From the NCBI GenBank assembly GCA_039809985.1, contig JBDHWC010000001.1, positions 14,988 through 78,987 on the forward strand: a DNA stretch of 64,000 nt, read 5' to 3'. This stretch comes from Thermomicrobiales bacterium. GTDB lineage: Bacteria > Chloroflexota > Chloroflexia > Thermomicrobiales > UBA6265. The position numbers were made by a program, and so were the translations under genes. Shown here piece after piece: positions 21,069 through 32,237 of the stretch (position 1 is the stretch's first letter; every line of letters starts with the position of its first letter). The notes beneath the pieces are model-generated. The model saw only the letters and a list, made by a program, of their open reading frames with translations, was not told the DNA's origin and did not search any database.

Positions 21069-21530
21069 ATGAAGGTTTCCACTCGAGGCGAGTACGGCGT
21101 CCGCGCCATGGTTGCGCTGGCGAAGAACTACGGCAATGGCCCGATGTCGATTGCCGCGATCTCGCGTGCTTCCTCGATCCCGACCGCCTACCTTGAGCAA
21201 CTGATCGGCCCGTTGCGCCGCGCCGAGCTCGTGGAGAGCAAGCGCGGGGCACAGGGCGGGTACTTGCTCGCGCGCGCGCCGGAGCTGATCCGGGTCGGGG
21301 ATGTCTACCGGGTCATGGAAGGCCCGGTGGCGCCGATGGACTGCGTTTCCGAGGACGAATCCCAGCAGACCTGCCCGCTGATCGACGGGTGCGAGACGCG
21401 CCCGGTCTGGCTGCGCATGCGTGACGCGATCACCGACGCACTGGACTCCATCACGCTGCAGGACCTGATCGACGGCAGCCCTCGCCACGCGATGATGCTG
21501 GGCCACGTGCTGCCGGGGGCATCGGCCTAG
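21069..21530 (+). CDS. Rrf2-family transcriptional regulator (IscR/CymR-like)
   Basis: MKVSTRGEYGVRAMVALA...SIAAISRASSIPTAYLEQLIGPLRRAELVESKRGAQGGYLLA (wHTH). Three Cys occur in MDCVSEDESQQTCPLIDGCE, consistent with a cluster-ligating Rrf2 protein. Confidence 0.9.
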   Translation: MKVSTRGEYGVRAMVALAKNYGNGPMSIAAISRASSIPTAYLEQLIGPLRRAELVESKRGAQGGYLLARAPELIRVGDVYRVMEGPVAPMDCVSEDESQQTCPLIDGCETRPVWLRMRDAITDALDSITLQDLIDGSPRHAMMLGHVLPGASA

Positions 21531-21603
21531 GCGCGCGGCGTGAGGCGACGCGTTGGCGCTCGCCCCGCCGGGCCGCCCGGCGAATCTGATCGGAGACCTC
21601 CAA

Positions 21604-22803
21604 GTGAGCCCTCTCGCCTCGGGCGACGACACCATCTACCTCGACCACGCCGCGACCACCCCGGTTGACCCCGAGGTGCTGGCGGCGATGCTGCCGTACT
21701 TCAGCGTGCGGTTCGGCAATCCGTCGAGCATCTACCAGCTCGGACAGGAAGCGCACGCCGTGCTCGACGCGGCGCGGGCCTCCGTGGCGCGCGTGCTCGC
21801 CTGCCAGCCCGGAGAAGTGCTCTTCACCGGCGGCGCGACGGAGTCGAACAACCTGGCGCTGCGGGGAGTCGCCTGGCAGGCGCGGCTCTCCGCCGCACCG
21901 GGGTCTCGGCCGCCGCACCTCGTGACCACCCAAATCGAGCATCACGCCGTGCTGACCACGGCCGAGGCGCTTGCGCAACTCGGGTTCGACGTCACCTTCG
22001 TCCCCCCAGACGCCACCGGCATCGTCGATCCGGCGGCGATCGCGGCGGCGTTGCGCCCAGAGACGTGCCTGGTCTCCGTGATGTACGCGAACAACGAGAC
22101 CGGCGCAATTCAGCCGGTGGCCGAGATCGGGCGTATCGCCCGCGCCGCCGGCGTGCCGTTCCATGTCGATGCCGTGCAGGCCGCCGGGCTGCTGCCGCTG
22201 GCCGTGGACGAGGTCGGGGCCGACTTGTTGTCGCTCTCGGCCCACAAGTTCTACGGACCGAAGGGGGTTGGCATCCTCTACCTGCGGCGCGACACCCCGA
22301 TCTCGTGGCAGCAGACCGGCGGCGGGCAGGAGCAAGGCCGGCGCGGCGGCACGGAGAACGTGCCGGGGATCGTCGGTCTGGCGGCCTCGCTCGAGAAGTG
22401 CGAGCGGCTGCGGACCGAGTACGCCAGCCGCTGCGCAGAACTGCGCGACCGGTTGTGGGACGGTATCCGGTCGGCGGTGCCGGACGTGGCCCTGAACGGT
22501 CCGCCGTTCGGTTCGGGGCGGCTGCCAAACAACCTGAACCTCGAGATTCCGGGGGTTCAGGGCGAGACGCTGCTGCTTGGTCTCGACATGGAGGGCGTCG
22601 CCGCGTCGGCGGGCTCGGCCTGCACGACGGGCAACAGCGAGCCGAGTCACGTCCTGAAAAGCATGGGACTGAGCGACGCCCGGTGCCGCACCAGCCTCCG
22701 CCTGACGGTTGGTCGCAGCAACACCGCCGACGAGATGGACGAGGCGGCCGACATCCTGGGCGAGGCCGTGGCCCGGACGCGCGCGCTGGCCGGGGTGTCC
22801 TAG
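21604..22803 (+). CDS. Cysteine desulfurase (NifS/IscS family)
   Basis: YLDHAATTP, PLP-lysine motif SAHKFYGPKG, and active-site SAGSACTTG. The ORF opens at TTG 21553. I prefer GTG 21604, which has GGAG 8 nt upstream. Confidence 0.9.
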   Translation: MSPLASGDDTIYLDHAATTPVDPEVLAAMLPYFSVRFGNPSSIYQLGQEAHAVLDAARASVARVLACQPGEVLFTGGATESNNLALRGVAWQARLSAAPGSRPPHLVTTQIEHHAVLTTAEALAQLGFDVTFVPPDATGIVDPAAIAAALRPETCLVSVMYANNETGAIQPVAEIGRIARAAGVPFHVDAVQAAGLLPLAVDEVGADLLSLSAHKFYGPKGVGILYLRRDTPISWQQTGGGQEQGRRGGTENVPGIVGLAASLEKCERLRTEYASRCAELRDRLWDGIRSAVPDVALNGPPFGSGRLPNNLNLEIPGVQGETLLLGLDMEGVAASAGSACTTGNSEPSHVLKSMGLSDARCRTSLRLTVGRSNTADEMDEAADILGEAVARTRALAGVS

Positions 22804-23492
22804 GCGCTCGCGCTTGACGCGGCTTCCGTGGAGTCGTCTCGGGCAACCGGTGAGGTCTCTGCGCCGTTGGCCCCGGCGACCAACTGATCCAGCAAGGCCG
22901 CTGCGTCCTGGTCGCTCACTTGCCCGAGCGGTGGCAGGTCGTCCAGCGAGCCGAGCCCGAAATGCCGAAGGAACTCGGGGCTCGTGCCGTACTGGATCGG
23001 GTTGCCGAGCGCGGGAAGCCGTCCGACGACCTCGACCAACCCGCGACCGATCAGCGTGGTGATGACCCCGGAGCAGTCGACGCCGCGCACCGCTTCGATC
23101 TCGGCCCGGGTCACCGGCTGCCGGTAGGCGATGACCGAGAGCGTCTCCAGCGAAGCGCCGGTGAGTCGAGTTTCGCGCTCGAGGCCGAGGAACCGTCGCA
23201 CGTGGTCGGCGAAGCGGGGCGCGGTGGCCAGTTGCAGCCGCTCGCCGTGCCGCACGAGGCTCCAGCCTCGAGCGTCGGCCGCGGCGATCTCCGCCAGCGC
23301 GGCGTCGATCGATTCGGGTGACAGCCCGGTTGCCTCGGCAATCTCGCGGACCGACGTCGACCCGGGCGCGACGAGCAGCAAGGCTTCGACAAGGGCGCGG
23401 GTTTCGGCGGGGTCGTCGGGCGGGACGATGGCCGGCAGCGTCGCTTGGCGCGGCGCGTCGGCGTGATTGAGAACATCGGCGGGGTCGGTCAT
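22800..23492 (-). CDS. scpB: Segregation and condensation protein B
   Basis: LVEALLLVAPGSTSVREIAE, ETLSVIAYRQPVTRAEIEAVRGV and GNPIQYGTSPEFLRHFGL. Confidence 0.9.
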   Translation of the reverse strand: MTDPADVLNHADAPRQATLPAIVPPDDPAETRALVEALLLVAPGSTSVREIAEATGLSPESIDAALAEIAAADARGWSLVRHGERLQLATAPRFADHVRRFLGLERETRLTGASLETLSVIAYRQPVTRAEIEAVRGVDCSGVITTLIGRGLVEVVGRLPALGNPIQYGTSPEFLRHFGLGSLDDLPPLGQVSDQDAAALLDQLVAGANGAETSPVARDDSTEAASSASA

Positions 23493-24268
23493 TCCAATGT
23501 CGCCTGGTGGTCGGTTGCTAGCCTTCGAACCGCTTCGAGATCCACCTGATCGCCGAGCGCCACGTCGATAGCGCCGAACAGCTCAACCTGAGTGGCCTCG
23601 ACCGCGCGGACGCGAACGAGGATCAACAGGGCGAGGAAGGCGACGAGCACGTCCCGTCGATTGTCACCGTCGCCGACGAGGCGACCGAACGGCAGTCGAC
23701 GTGTCGGCCGCAACCGGTCGAGGAACCGAAGAATCATCTCCCCGATGGTGACGGTCCGGCTCGGGGTCGGGATCGGCGGCACGGGCACTGCGTGCGCGAG
23801 GCGTCGCAGCAAGGCCTTCCGCAGGGACGTCGGCGGATGGAAAGCGAGCCGAGTGGTGATGATCCCCGGTCGGACCACCGCGTCGCCGCTCGGAAAGGCG
23901 GCGAGCGCCAGACGATCGAGCTGGCCGAGGACCACCGCCGCGTCGCGAATGACGCGATGCTCCGCGAGCTGACGGGCGAGGTCACCGGCGAGCGGTTCCT
24001 CCTCCTCGTCGACCGGGCGAGGCAGGAGGGAGCGCGACTTCAGCACGAGGAGACGGCCGGCGACACTGGCGAACTCCGCCACCAGACTGGCCGGGGCGTC
24101 CCCGAGCTCGTCCAGATAGGCGAGGAAACTGTCGGTGACGGCAACCAGCGACAGGTCGGTGATGGTCAACTGGTCGCGCTCGATCAAGCGCAGCAGCACG
24201 TCGAGCGGCCCTTCGAAGACCGGGAGGCGCAACTGGTAATGATCGAGGGTGACGGGCGAAGAGGACAT
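23489..24268 (-). CDS. scpA: Segregation and condensation protein A
   Basis: 259 aa from MSSSPVTLDHYQLRLPVFEGPLDVLLRLIERDQLTITDLSLVAVTDSF. Its stop overlaps the scpB start. Confidence 0.85.
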   Translation of the reverse strand: MSSSPVTLDHYQLRLPVFEGPLDVLLRLIERDQLTITDLSLVAVTDSFLAYLDELGDAPASLVAEFASVAGRLLVLKSRSLLPRPVDEEEEPLAGDLARQLAEHRVIRDAAVVLGQLDRLALAAFPSGDAVVRPGIITTRLAFHPPTSLRKALLRRLAHAVPVPPIPTPSRTVTIGEMILRFLDRLRPTRRLPFGRLVGDGDNRRDVLVAFLALLILVRVRAVEATQVELFGAIDVALGDQVDLEAVRRLATDHQATLE

Positions 24269-24282
24269 CGTGGGGGCGTGGG

Positions 24283-24948
24283 TCAGGCGACGGGGAAGAA
24301 GAGCGACATCAGGAGCCGGAACACCGGGCTGGTGATGCCGCTGATGATCCCGTTCCCGACGCTGCCGACGAGGATCAGGGCGAAGAGGATGGCGATCCCG
24401 TACTGCTCGAGCTTGGCGAGGTACGGCCACCAGAAGCTCGGCAGCAGGGCCGCGAGGATGCGCGAGCCGTCAAGCGGCGGCAACGGGATCATGTTGAAGG
24501 CGGCGAGCCAGAAGTTGACCTGCATGAAGACGAACAGGCCTTGGCCGAGTACGCCGAGGTCGTTGCCGGTGGCCATCGCGAGCCGCAGCCACGACGCGGC
24601 CAACGCCCCGAGGACCACGTTCGACATCGGGCCGGCGAAGGCGACGACCGCCATCGACACGTGCCGCCCGAACCGTGCGGTCGAGCGCAGGCGCCCGGTG
24701 TTGACCGGCACCGGCTTGCCCCAGGCCAAGGCGGGGAAGCCGAGCGCGATCAGGAGGAACATCAGGGCGCCGATCGGGTCGAAGTGGTCGGCGGGGTTGA
24801 GCGAGACCCGGCCGAGGAGGCGGCCGGTGTCGTCCCCGAGCATCGAGGCGGTCCACGCGTGCATGCACTCGTGGACCGTGATCGCGACGACGAAGCTCAC
24901 GATCAGCGAGACGACGTAGGTCGGGTCGAGCTGCCCGAGCCTCAACAT
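24283..24948 (-). CDS. M50-related membrane metalloprotease family protein
   Basis: 221 aa, multi-TM. HExxH motif VHECMHAW and NPADHFDPIG, typical of the short site-2-protease-like family. Confidence 0.75.
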   Translation of the reverse strand: MLRLGQLDPTYVVSLIVSFVVAITVHECMHAWTASMLGDDTGRLLGRVSLNPADHFDPIGALMFLLIALGFPALAWGKPVPVNTGRLRSTARFGRHVSMAVVAFAGPMSNVVLGALAASWLRLAMATGNDLGVLGQGLFVFMQVNFWLAAFNMIPLPPLDGSRILAALLPSFWWPYLAKLEQYGIAILFALILVGSVGNGIISGITSPVFRLLMSLFFPVA

Positions 24949-24969
24949 CGGTCAACCTGCCGCCGCACG

Positions 24970-26046
<1,077 letters not shown>

Positions 26047-26070
26047 CAGGGGTGCCTCCAACCTGCGGGG

Positions 26071-27243
26071 CTAGCCGATCGAGTTGGTGTTGATGTTCGG
26101 CGGGGCCGAGGGCAGTTCCGGGTTGGTCGGGTCGAGGCCGCCGAGCAGCGGGGAGTCGGTGATGTCGGACGGCAGCGGGTGGCCGTACTTCGCGGCGACC
26201 TTGTTCTGGTCGTCGTCCTTGGAGACTTCCTCCCAGAACCAGCACGCCGCGAAGTGGCCGGGAGCGACCTCGAGCAGCGGCGGGTTCTTCTGCTCGCACT
26301 TCTCCTGCGCGTAGTTGCAGCGCGGGACGAACGGGCACATGTCGGGGAGGTCGATCAGGTCCGGCGGCAGGCCCCGGATCGGCTCGAGCTTCTCCTTGCG
26401 GGTGGCGTCCAGCCGCGGGATCGACTTGAGCAGGCCGACGGTGTAGGGGTGGCGCGGGTTGGCGAAGATCTCCTCGGTGGTGCTGGTCTCGACGATGTGC
26501 CCGGCGTACATGACCTGAATCCGGTCGGCCATGCCGGCCACCACGCCCATCGAGTGGGTGACGAGGATGACGCCGGTGTCGCGCTCGGTCTGGAGCGTGC
26601 GCATCAGGTCGAGGATCTGGGCCTGAATGGTGACGTCGAGAGCCGTGGTCGGCTCGTCGGCGATCAGCAGCTTCGGGTTGCAGGAGAGCGCCATCGCGAT
26701 CATCACGCGTTGGCGCATGCCGCCGGAGAACTGGTGCGGGTACTGGTCGACCCGCTCCTCGGCGTTCGGGATGCCGACCATCTTCAGCAGTTCGACCGTG
26801 CGGGCACGGGCCTGCTGCTTGTTCATCCCGAGGTGAAGCTGGAGCGCCTCGCTGATCTGGCGGTTGACCGTGAGGACCGGGTTCAGGGAGGTCATCGGGT
26901 CCTGGAAGATCATCGCGATGTCGTTGCCGCGGATCGACCGGACCTGCTCGTCGGACATCTTGAGGATGTCCTCGCCGTTGAAGACGATCTCGCCGCCGAC
27001 GATCTTGCCGGGCGGGTTCGGGATCAGGCGCATGATCGAGAGACCGGTCATGCTCTTGCCGCAGCCCGACTCGCCGACGACGCCGAGCGTCTCGCCCGGC
27101 ATCACGAAGAACGAGACGTCGTCCACCGCCCGGACAATGCCGTCCTGGGTGAAGAACTGGGTGCGGAGGTTCCGCACGTCCAGCAGCGGCTGACCGTTCC
27201 CGTTCCCGGCCGCATGTCGGGCTGCGCGGGGCTCAGCGACCAT
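26071..27243 (-). CDS. oppD: Oligopeptide/dipeptide ABC transporter ATP-binding protein (OppD/DppD-type)
   Basis: Walker [12 protein letters not shown], signature FSGGMRQR, Walker [23 protein letters not shown] upstream. Confidence 0.9.
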   Translation of the reverse strand: MVAEPRAARHAAGNGNGQPLLDVRNLRTQFFTQDGIVRAVDDVSFFVMPGETLGVVGESGCGKSMTGLSIMRLIPNPPGKIVGGEIVFNGEDILKMSDEQVRSIRGNDIAMIFQDPMTSLNPVLTVNRQISEALQLHLGMNKQQARARTVELLKMVGIPNAEERVDQYPHQFSGGMRQRVMIAMALSCNPKLLIADEPTTALDVTIQAQILDLMRTLQTERDTGVILVTHSMGVVAGMADRIQVMYAGHIVETSTTEEIFANPRHPYTVGLLKSIPRLDATRKEKLEPIRGLPPDLIDLPDMCPFVPRCNYAQEKCEQKNPPLLEVAPGHFAACWFWEEVSKDDDQNKVAAKYGHPLPSDITDSPLLGGLDPTNPELPSAPPNINTNSIG

Positions 27244-27406
27244 TCCTGCTCCTCTCCACGGCGGTGCCAGTGCGACGGAGTCGGCTGTCGATCACGTTCG
27301 GGTCGCCGTCGGGCGGGCCGCTTGTGACTGCCGCGTCACGTGGCGGCAAGCCACTGCGACGGCGTCCGACGGAAACGGATTGTCCTCGCGTTCGCGTTGG
27401 GCGCGG

Positions 27407-27435
27407 AGCATACCATAGGGATTCTCGCCCCTCAA
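27407..27435 (-). promoter_or_regulatory. Sigma-70-type promoter candidate for oppDF (TTGAGG-N17-TATGCT with TGg extended -10, read on the - strand)
   Basis: The reverse complement of 27430-27435 is TTGAGG and of 27407-27412 is TATGCT. This leaves a ~155-nt leader before oppD. Confidence 0.45.
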
Positions 27436-27623
27436 CAGCCTGCGGCCCCGAATGGCCGCCAACCTTTGGATCGAGCGCACGAATCCGCACCGCGCCCGGG
27501 ATCTCTCCGCGACGGACGCCGACTTGACGCATTGCCGGCGGGGCGACGAAGAGGCCCGCTTGACCGGCGTCGGCGGCGTGCCTGTGAGCGTGCGGCAGTG
27601 GTGGCAACAGGGTGGTCACGGGC

Positions 27624-28400
27624 TCAGGCGTTGCTGGGCGTGCGGATGCCGTCGAGCATCTGTCTACCGGCCCGCAGGATGAGGGCCGACGCGTTGGCGA
27701 GGATCATCTGGAACCCTTGGTCGATTCGCTTGTTGGCGAGGGCCGCGTCGCCGGCGACCGTTCCGAGGGCAACCCCCGCCGCCCGGGCCTTGGCGCACAC
27801 CTGCTCGGAGACTTTCTCGACCTCGGGGTGCAGGGGCTGGCCGGGATAGCCCATCGACTGCGCGAGGTCGGTCGGGCCGACGAACAGCATGTCGAGCCCC
27901 GGCACTTGCAGCAGCTCGTCGAGGTGCGGGAGCGCGTCGATGTGCTCAAACTGGACGATCGTCATCACGCGCTCGTTGATCGCGGGCACGAGTTCGGGCA
28001 TGGGGCGGCCGGTGCCGTAGTCGAAGGTGCGGCCGCCGGCGAGGCCGCGAACGCCGTCGGGCCAGTAGCGCATGCCGGAGACCGCCTGCGTGGCCAGCTG
28101 GGGGGTGTTGGTCTGCGGCACCATCACGCCCGACACGCCGAGGTCGAGGTACTTGAGGACCACCTGCCGGTCGTTCTGGCCGACGCGGGCCATGGCGTCG
28201 ATGTCGCGAGCCTCCGCCGCGAGCACCATCGCGTAGGCGTCGTCCGGCGAAACGCGGCCGTGCTCCCCGTCGAGCATGACGAAGTCGAAGCCGGCCAGGG
28301 CGCACAGTTCGACGATCTCGGGCGACGGCATGGTGACGAAGACGCCGAGCGCGACACCGCCGGAGCGGATGGTTTGCTTGATCCGATTGTCGATCCGCAT
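27624..28400 (-). CDS. HpcH/HpaI-family aldolase
   Basis: 258 aa from MRIDNRIKQTIRSGGVALGVFV. FDFVMLDGEHG, the VRV/QNDR region and LFVGPTDLAQSMG match the family pattern. The longer 389-aa ORF is an upstream extension. Confidence 0.8.
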   Translation of the reverse strand: MRIDNRIKQTIRSGGVALGVFVTMPSPEIVELCALAGFDFVMLDGEHGRVSPDDAYAMVLAAEARDIDAMARVGQNDRQVVLKYLDLGVSGVMVPQTNTPQLATQAVSGMRYWPDGVRGLAGGRTFDYGTGRPMPELVPAINERVMTIVQFEHIDALPHLDELLQVPGLDMLFVGPTDLAQSMGYPGQPLHPEVEKVSEQVCAKARAAGVALGTVAGDAALANKRIDQGFQMILANASALILRAGRQMLDGIRTPSNA

Positions 28401-28548
28401 GCCCTGTGGCCCCCGGTCCTGACTCGCTGCTGCCGGTCGGTGCGCCCGGCCGGCGCATTGTACCGACCGACCAGCACCCGCGGGACTGTGGCACGGCGGG
28501 CCGACGCGTACAATCCGGACCCGGGACGGATGGACAGGGCTTCCAGGG

Positions 28549-29643
28549 GTGGAGATGTCGGCAGGCGTCGCTGACGAGGCGAAGTACTGGGTCGCGTTCC
28601 ACCGGGTGCCGTACATCGGCCCGGTTCGGCTCGAGCGGCTGGAGCGCCACTTCGGCTCGCTCGGGGCGGCGTGGCGCGCGTCCGCGACGTCGTTGTCGGC
28701 GGTGCTCGACTCGCGGGCGGTCGAGAGCCTGCTGAGCCAGCGAGGCGGATTCGACCCGGACGACGAGCTCGCCCGCATCGAGCGGCTCGGCATTCGGCCG
28801 CTGACGCTGCGCGACCCCGGCTACCCGCGACTGCTGGCCCAGATTCCGGGCGCGCCGCCGGTGCTCTACGTGCGCGGCGCGTTGACCGAGGCGGACTCCG
28901 CGGCGGTGGCGATCGTCGGCACCCGCCGGTCGACTGCCTACGGGCGCGATGTGGCGGCCCGGATCGCCGAGGACTTGGCGGGCGCGGGCGTGACCGTGGT
29001 CTCGGGGCTGGCGCGCGGGATCGACGCGGTGGCGCACCAGGCCGCGCTCCGGTCCGGCGGACGCACCGTGGCCGTGCTCGGATCGGGCCCCGACATCATC
29101 TACCCGCCGGAGCACCGACTTCTGGCGGAGCGGATCGTCGAACAGGGCGCGGTCCTCTCCGACTACCCGCCGGGCCGGAAGCCGGACGCCCAGAACTTCC
29201 CGGCGCGGAACCGGATCATCTCCGGGTTGTCGCTCGGCGTCGTCTTGGTCGAGGCGCCGGAGCGGAGCGGGGCGTTGATCACAGCCGACTTCGCCGCCGA
29301 CCAAGGACGCGACGTGTTCGTGGTGCCGGGCAATGTGACCTCGGCGGCCAGCGCCGGCAGCAATCGCCTGCTGCGGGACGGCGCGCGGCCGGTGACATCC
29401 GCCGCGGACGTGCTCGAAGACCTTCGGCTTGGCAACGAGGCGGCACCGGTTCAGGTTGCCCTGCCGCTGGACGACGACGAGCGTCGCGTGGTGGCATTGC
29501 TCGGTTCGGAGCCGGTGCACATCGACGACGTCGCCGCCCAGGCCGGGATGGAGATCGCGCAGGCGGCGGTGGTGCTGATGACGCTCGAACTGGGCGGGGC
29601 GGTGCGGAACGTCGGGGCCCAACACTACACGCGAACTCGCTGA
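28549..29643 (+). CDS. dprA: DNA-processing protein DprA (Smf)
   Basis: YWVAFHRVPYIGPVRLERLERHFGSL, GTRRSTAYG, SGLARGIDAVAHQAAL and FPARNRIISGLS. Start is GTG 28549 or ATG 28555. Confidence 0.9.
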   Translation: MEMSAGVADEAKYWVAFHRVPYIGPVRLERLERHFGSLGAAWRASATSLSAVLDSRAVESLLSQRGGFDPDDELARIERLGIRPLTLRDPGYPRLLAQIPGAPPVLYVRGALTEADSAAVAIVGTRRSTAYGRDVAARIAEDLAGAGVTVVSGLARGIDAVAHQAALRSGGRTVAVLGSGPDIIYPPEHRLLAERIVEQGAVLSDYPPGRKPDAQNFPARNRIISGLSLGVVLVEAPERSGALITADFAADQGRDVFVVPGNVTSAASAGSNRLLRDGARPVTSAADVLEDLRLGNEAAPVQVALPLDDDERRVVALLGSEPVHIDDVAAQAGMEIAQAAVVLMTLELGGAVRNVGAQHYTRTR

Positions 29644-29659
29644 CCCGTCCGGATTCGCC

Positions 29660-29689
29660 TTGACATCGTGAGAACGGCGTGACTAAGGT
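29660..29689 (+). promoter_or_regulatory. Sigma-70-type promoter candidate for topA (TTGACA-N18-TAAGGT)
   Basis: Perfect -35 TTGACA at 29660-29665 and TAAGGT at 29684-29689, ~100 nt upstream of the topA ATG. Confidence 0.4.
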
Positions 29690-29788
29690 TGAGACCGCGA
29701 CGAACCCCACGATCCAAGCGGCACGACGAGGGCACGCCGAACCCGTCCGGGGTCGGACGCGACGACGTGACAACGACTCAGGGCGACC

Positions 29789-32152
29789 ATGACCGAGACC
29801 AGCGAGACCAGCGGCAGCGAGGGGCAGCAGACCCCGGCGAGACGGGCGACCACCGGTCGCACCCGGGCCGCTTCCAAGACAGCGCCGACGTCCAAGACGA
29901 CGAAGCGCGCCACCTCTGCCAAGAGCGGGACGACCGCCGCGAAGTCGAGGGCGACCACTCGAAGCCGGTCTGGCACGGGCACAACGCCCGGCGGCCGAAC
30001 CACGGGCCGCGGCAAGCTCGTGATCGTCGAGTCGCCGGCGAAGGCGAGGACGATCGGCAAGTACCTCGGCTCCGGCTACACCGTCAAGGCCTCGATGGGC
30101 CACATCCGCGACCTGCCGAAGAGCACGCTCGGTGTCAACGTCGAGGCGGACTTCACGCCGACCTATCTCGTGCCGCGGGACAAGCTGAAGCTCGTCAAGG
30201 AGCTGAAGGAGAGCGTGCAGTCGGCCCGGGAGATCTACCTGGCCACCGACCCCGACCGCGAGGGCGAGGCGATCGCCTGGCACATCGTGGCGGCGACCGA
30301 CGCGGTGACGAAGCCGGTGCACCGAGTGGTCTTCCACGAGATCACGCCGGAGGCGATCAGCGAGGCGATCTCCAATCCGCGCGACATTGACGCGAACTTG
30401 GTCGATGCCCAGCAGGCCCGCCGGGTGCTCGACCGGCTGGTCGGGTACGGCGTCAGCCCGCTTCTTTGGAAGAAGGTCAAGCGCGGCCTCTCGGCCGGGC
30501 GGGTGCAGACGGCGGCACTCCGGATCGTCAGCGAGCGCGAGCGTGAAATCCTTGCGTTCGTCACCACCGAGTACTGGTCGCTCGACGCCGACCTGGCGAA
30601 GCAGGTCGGGCGGGAGCCGAAGCCGAGCGAGCGCTTCCGGGCCGCGCTGCACCGCGTCGGCACCGAGAAGCCGACGCTGCGCACCGCCGACGAGACGGCC
30701 GAGATCCAGCGCCGACTCGACGGTGCCGTCTACCGGGTCGCCAGCGTGACGACCAAGGAGGCGCAGCGTCGACCGTCCGCGCCGTTCACCACCAGCACGT
30801 TGCAGCAGGAAGCCTCGCGCAAGCTCGGCTACCAAGTCCGCCGAACCATGCAGATCGCGCAGGAACTGTACGAAGGCGTCGATGCCGGGCCGGAAGGCAC
30901 GCAGGGCCTGATCACGTACATGCGCACCGACTCGACCAACGTCGCCGCCGTGGCCCAGCAGGCCGCGCGCGAGGTGATCGCCCAGCGTTTCGGGGCGGAG
31001 CACCTGCCGGAGCGGCCGCCGGTCTACGCCCGCAAGGCGAAAGGGGCGCAGGAAGCGCACGAGGCAATTCGGCCGACCTCACCGGCGCGAACACCGGAGA
31101 GCGTCAAGCCGTTTCTGACGAGCCAGCAGTTCCGGGTTTACCAGTTGGTCTGGCAGCGGTTCATCGCGTCGCAGATGCGCCCGGCCCTGCTCGACCAGAC
31201 CGGCGTCGACGTCGCGGCCGGCCAGCCGGGCGAGATCTCCGACCTCGAGCACCCGCCGTTCACCTTCCGGGCCACCGGCTCGGTCGTGCGGTTCCCCGGC
31301 TTCATGGCGGTCTACTCGGCTGGGCGCGACGACGGGGACGAAGCGGACGAACTGGAGAAGGGCGCGCTGCCGGCTCTCCAGCGGGGCGAGGACCTCGACC
31401 TGGTGCGGCTTGTGCCGGAGCAGCATTTCACCCAGCCGCCGCCACGGTACAGCGAGGCGGCCTTGGTGCGCGCACTGGAGGAGGCGGGGATCGGCCGCCC
31501 GAGCACCTACGCGCCGACGATCGCGACCCTGCTCGCCCGCAACTATGTCGCGGTCGAGGAGAAGCGGCTGGTCCCGACCGAGCTCGGCCTCGTCGTCAAC
31601 GACTTGTTGGTCGAGCACTTCCCGCAGATCTTCGACGTCGGGTTCACCTCGCAGATGGAGGAGGAGCTGGACGAGATCGCGTCCGGCGACCGAGCCTGGG
31701 TGCCGACGATGCGGGAGTTCTACGGCCCGTTCACCGAGACGCTGTCGCAGGCCGAGCGGACGATGGAGCGCGTAAGGCTGAAGGACGAGCCGTCGGGCGA
31801 GCTGTGCGAGAAGTGCGGTCGGCCGATGGTGATCAAGCTCGGGCGGTACGGCAAGTTCCTCGCCTGCAGTGGGTTCCCGGAGTGCCGCAACGCCCGGCCC
31901 CTGCTGACGCGGGTCGGCGTCACGTGCCCGACCTGCCGTGAGGGGGAGATCGTCGAGCGTCGCTCGAAGAAGGGGCGGGCGTTCTTCGGCTGCGACCGGT
32001 ACCCCGCGTGCGATTTCGTCTCCTGGAACCGGCCGGTGGCGACGGTCTGCCCGAAATGCGGGTCGCCGTACATGGTCGAGACGGGACGCAAGGGGCAGGT
32101 GCGGTGCCCCTCGTGCGGCCATCAGGAGTCGACGCTGGCGCGAGCCGGCTGA
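29789..32152 (+). CDS. topA: DNA topoisomerase I
   Basis: Toprim start [19 protein letters not shown], active-site region [11 protein letters not shown], and three C-terminal Cys4 zinc ribbons. It carries a 75-aa basic Ser/Thr-rich N-terminal tail. Confidence 0.95.
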   Translation: MTETSETSGSEGQQTPARRATTGRTRAASKTAPTSKTTKRATSAKSGTTAAKSRATTRSRSGTGTTPGGRTTGRGKLVIVESPAKARTIGKYLGSGYTVKASMGHIRDLPKSTLGVNVEADFTPTYLVPRDKLKLVKELKESVQSAREIYLATDPDREGEAIAWHIVAATDAVTKPVHRVVFHEITPEAISEAISNPRDIDANLVDAQQARRVLDRLVGYGVSPLLWKKVKRGLSAGRVQTAALRIVSEREREILAFVTTEYWSLDADLAKQVGREPKPSERFRAALHRVGTEKPTLRTADETAEIQRRLDGAVYRVASVTTKEAQRRPSAPFTTSTLQQEASRKLGYQVRRTMQIAQELYEGVDAGPEGTQGLITYMRTDSTNVAAVAQQAAREVIAQRFGAEHLPERPPVYARKAKGAQEAHEAIRPTSPARTPESVKPFLTSQQFRVYQLVWQRFIASQMRPALLDQTGVDVAAGQPGEISDLEHPPFTFRATGSVVRFPGFMAVYSAGRDDGDEADELEKGALPALQRGEDLDLVRLVPEQHFTQPPPRYSEAALVRALEEAGIGRPSTYAPTIATLLARNYVAVEEKRLVPTELGLVVNDLLVEHFPQIFDVGFTSQMEEELDEIASGDRAWVPTMREFYGPFTETLSQAERTMERVRLKDEPSGELCEKCGRPMVIKLGRYGKFLACSGFPECRNARPLLTRVGVTCPTCREGEIVERRSKKGRAFFGCDRYPACDFVSWNRPVATVCPKCGSPYMVETGRKGQVRCPSCGHQESTLARAG

Positions 32153-32237
32153 GACCGTCTCGCGGACGCCGCTAGGGTACACTTGGGGTTTGGGGTTGGG
32201 ACGTGTTCCCGGCCACCAGTCGGCGCGCGTCCGGGCG

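Noticed and set aside
22800-22803. Convergent genes with essentially no spacer. The nifS-like and scpB stops share CTAG. The dnaA/cytochrome c pair (51253/51262) and the moeA/GNAT pair (57483/57492) are each 8 bp apart, with no hairpin.
   Set aside because: Tight convergent packing is common in compact genomes. It contrasts with the strong hairpins at other convergent pairs, but on its own it is not evidence of a special mechanism.
27350-27356. GCCACTG ('B12-box' core) on the + strand in the oppD upstream gap.
   Set aside because: None of the other conserved cobalamin-riboswitch elements surround it. The + strand here has no downstream gene to regulate, since the next gene is on the - strand. 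A 7-mer match is expected by chance.
27244-27623. The 380-bp gap upstream of oppD and the 271-bp gap upstream of oppB (35425-35695) examined for a shared riboswitch or leader motif. Both contain CGTTTCCG.
   Set aside because: Only an 8-mer is shared, and I could draw no common secondary structure. The short ORFs in these gaps (for example 27233-27619, -) have no SD and a nonsense composition. Cause unresolved; the leaders are reported only as 'long'.
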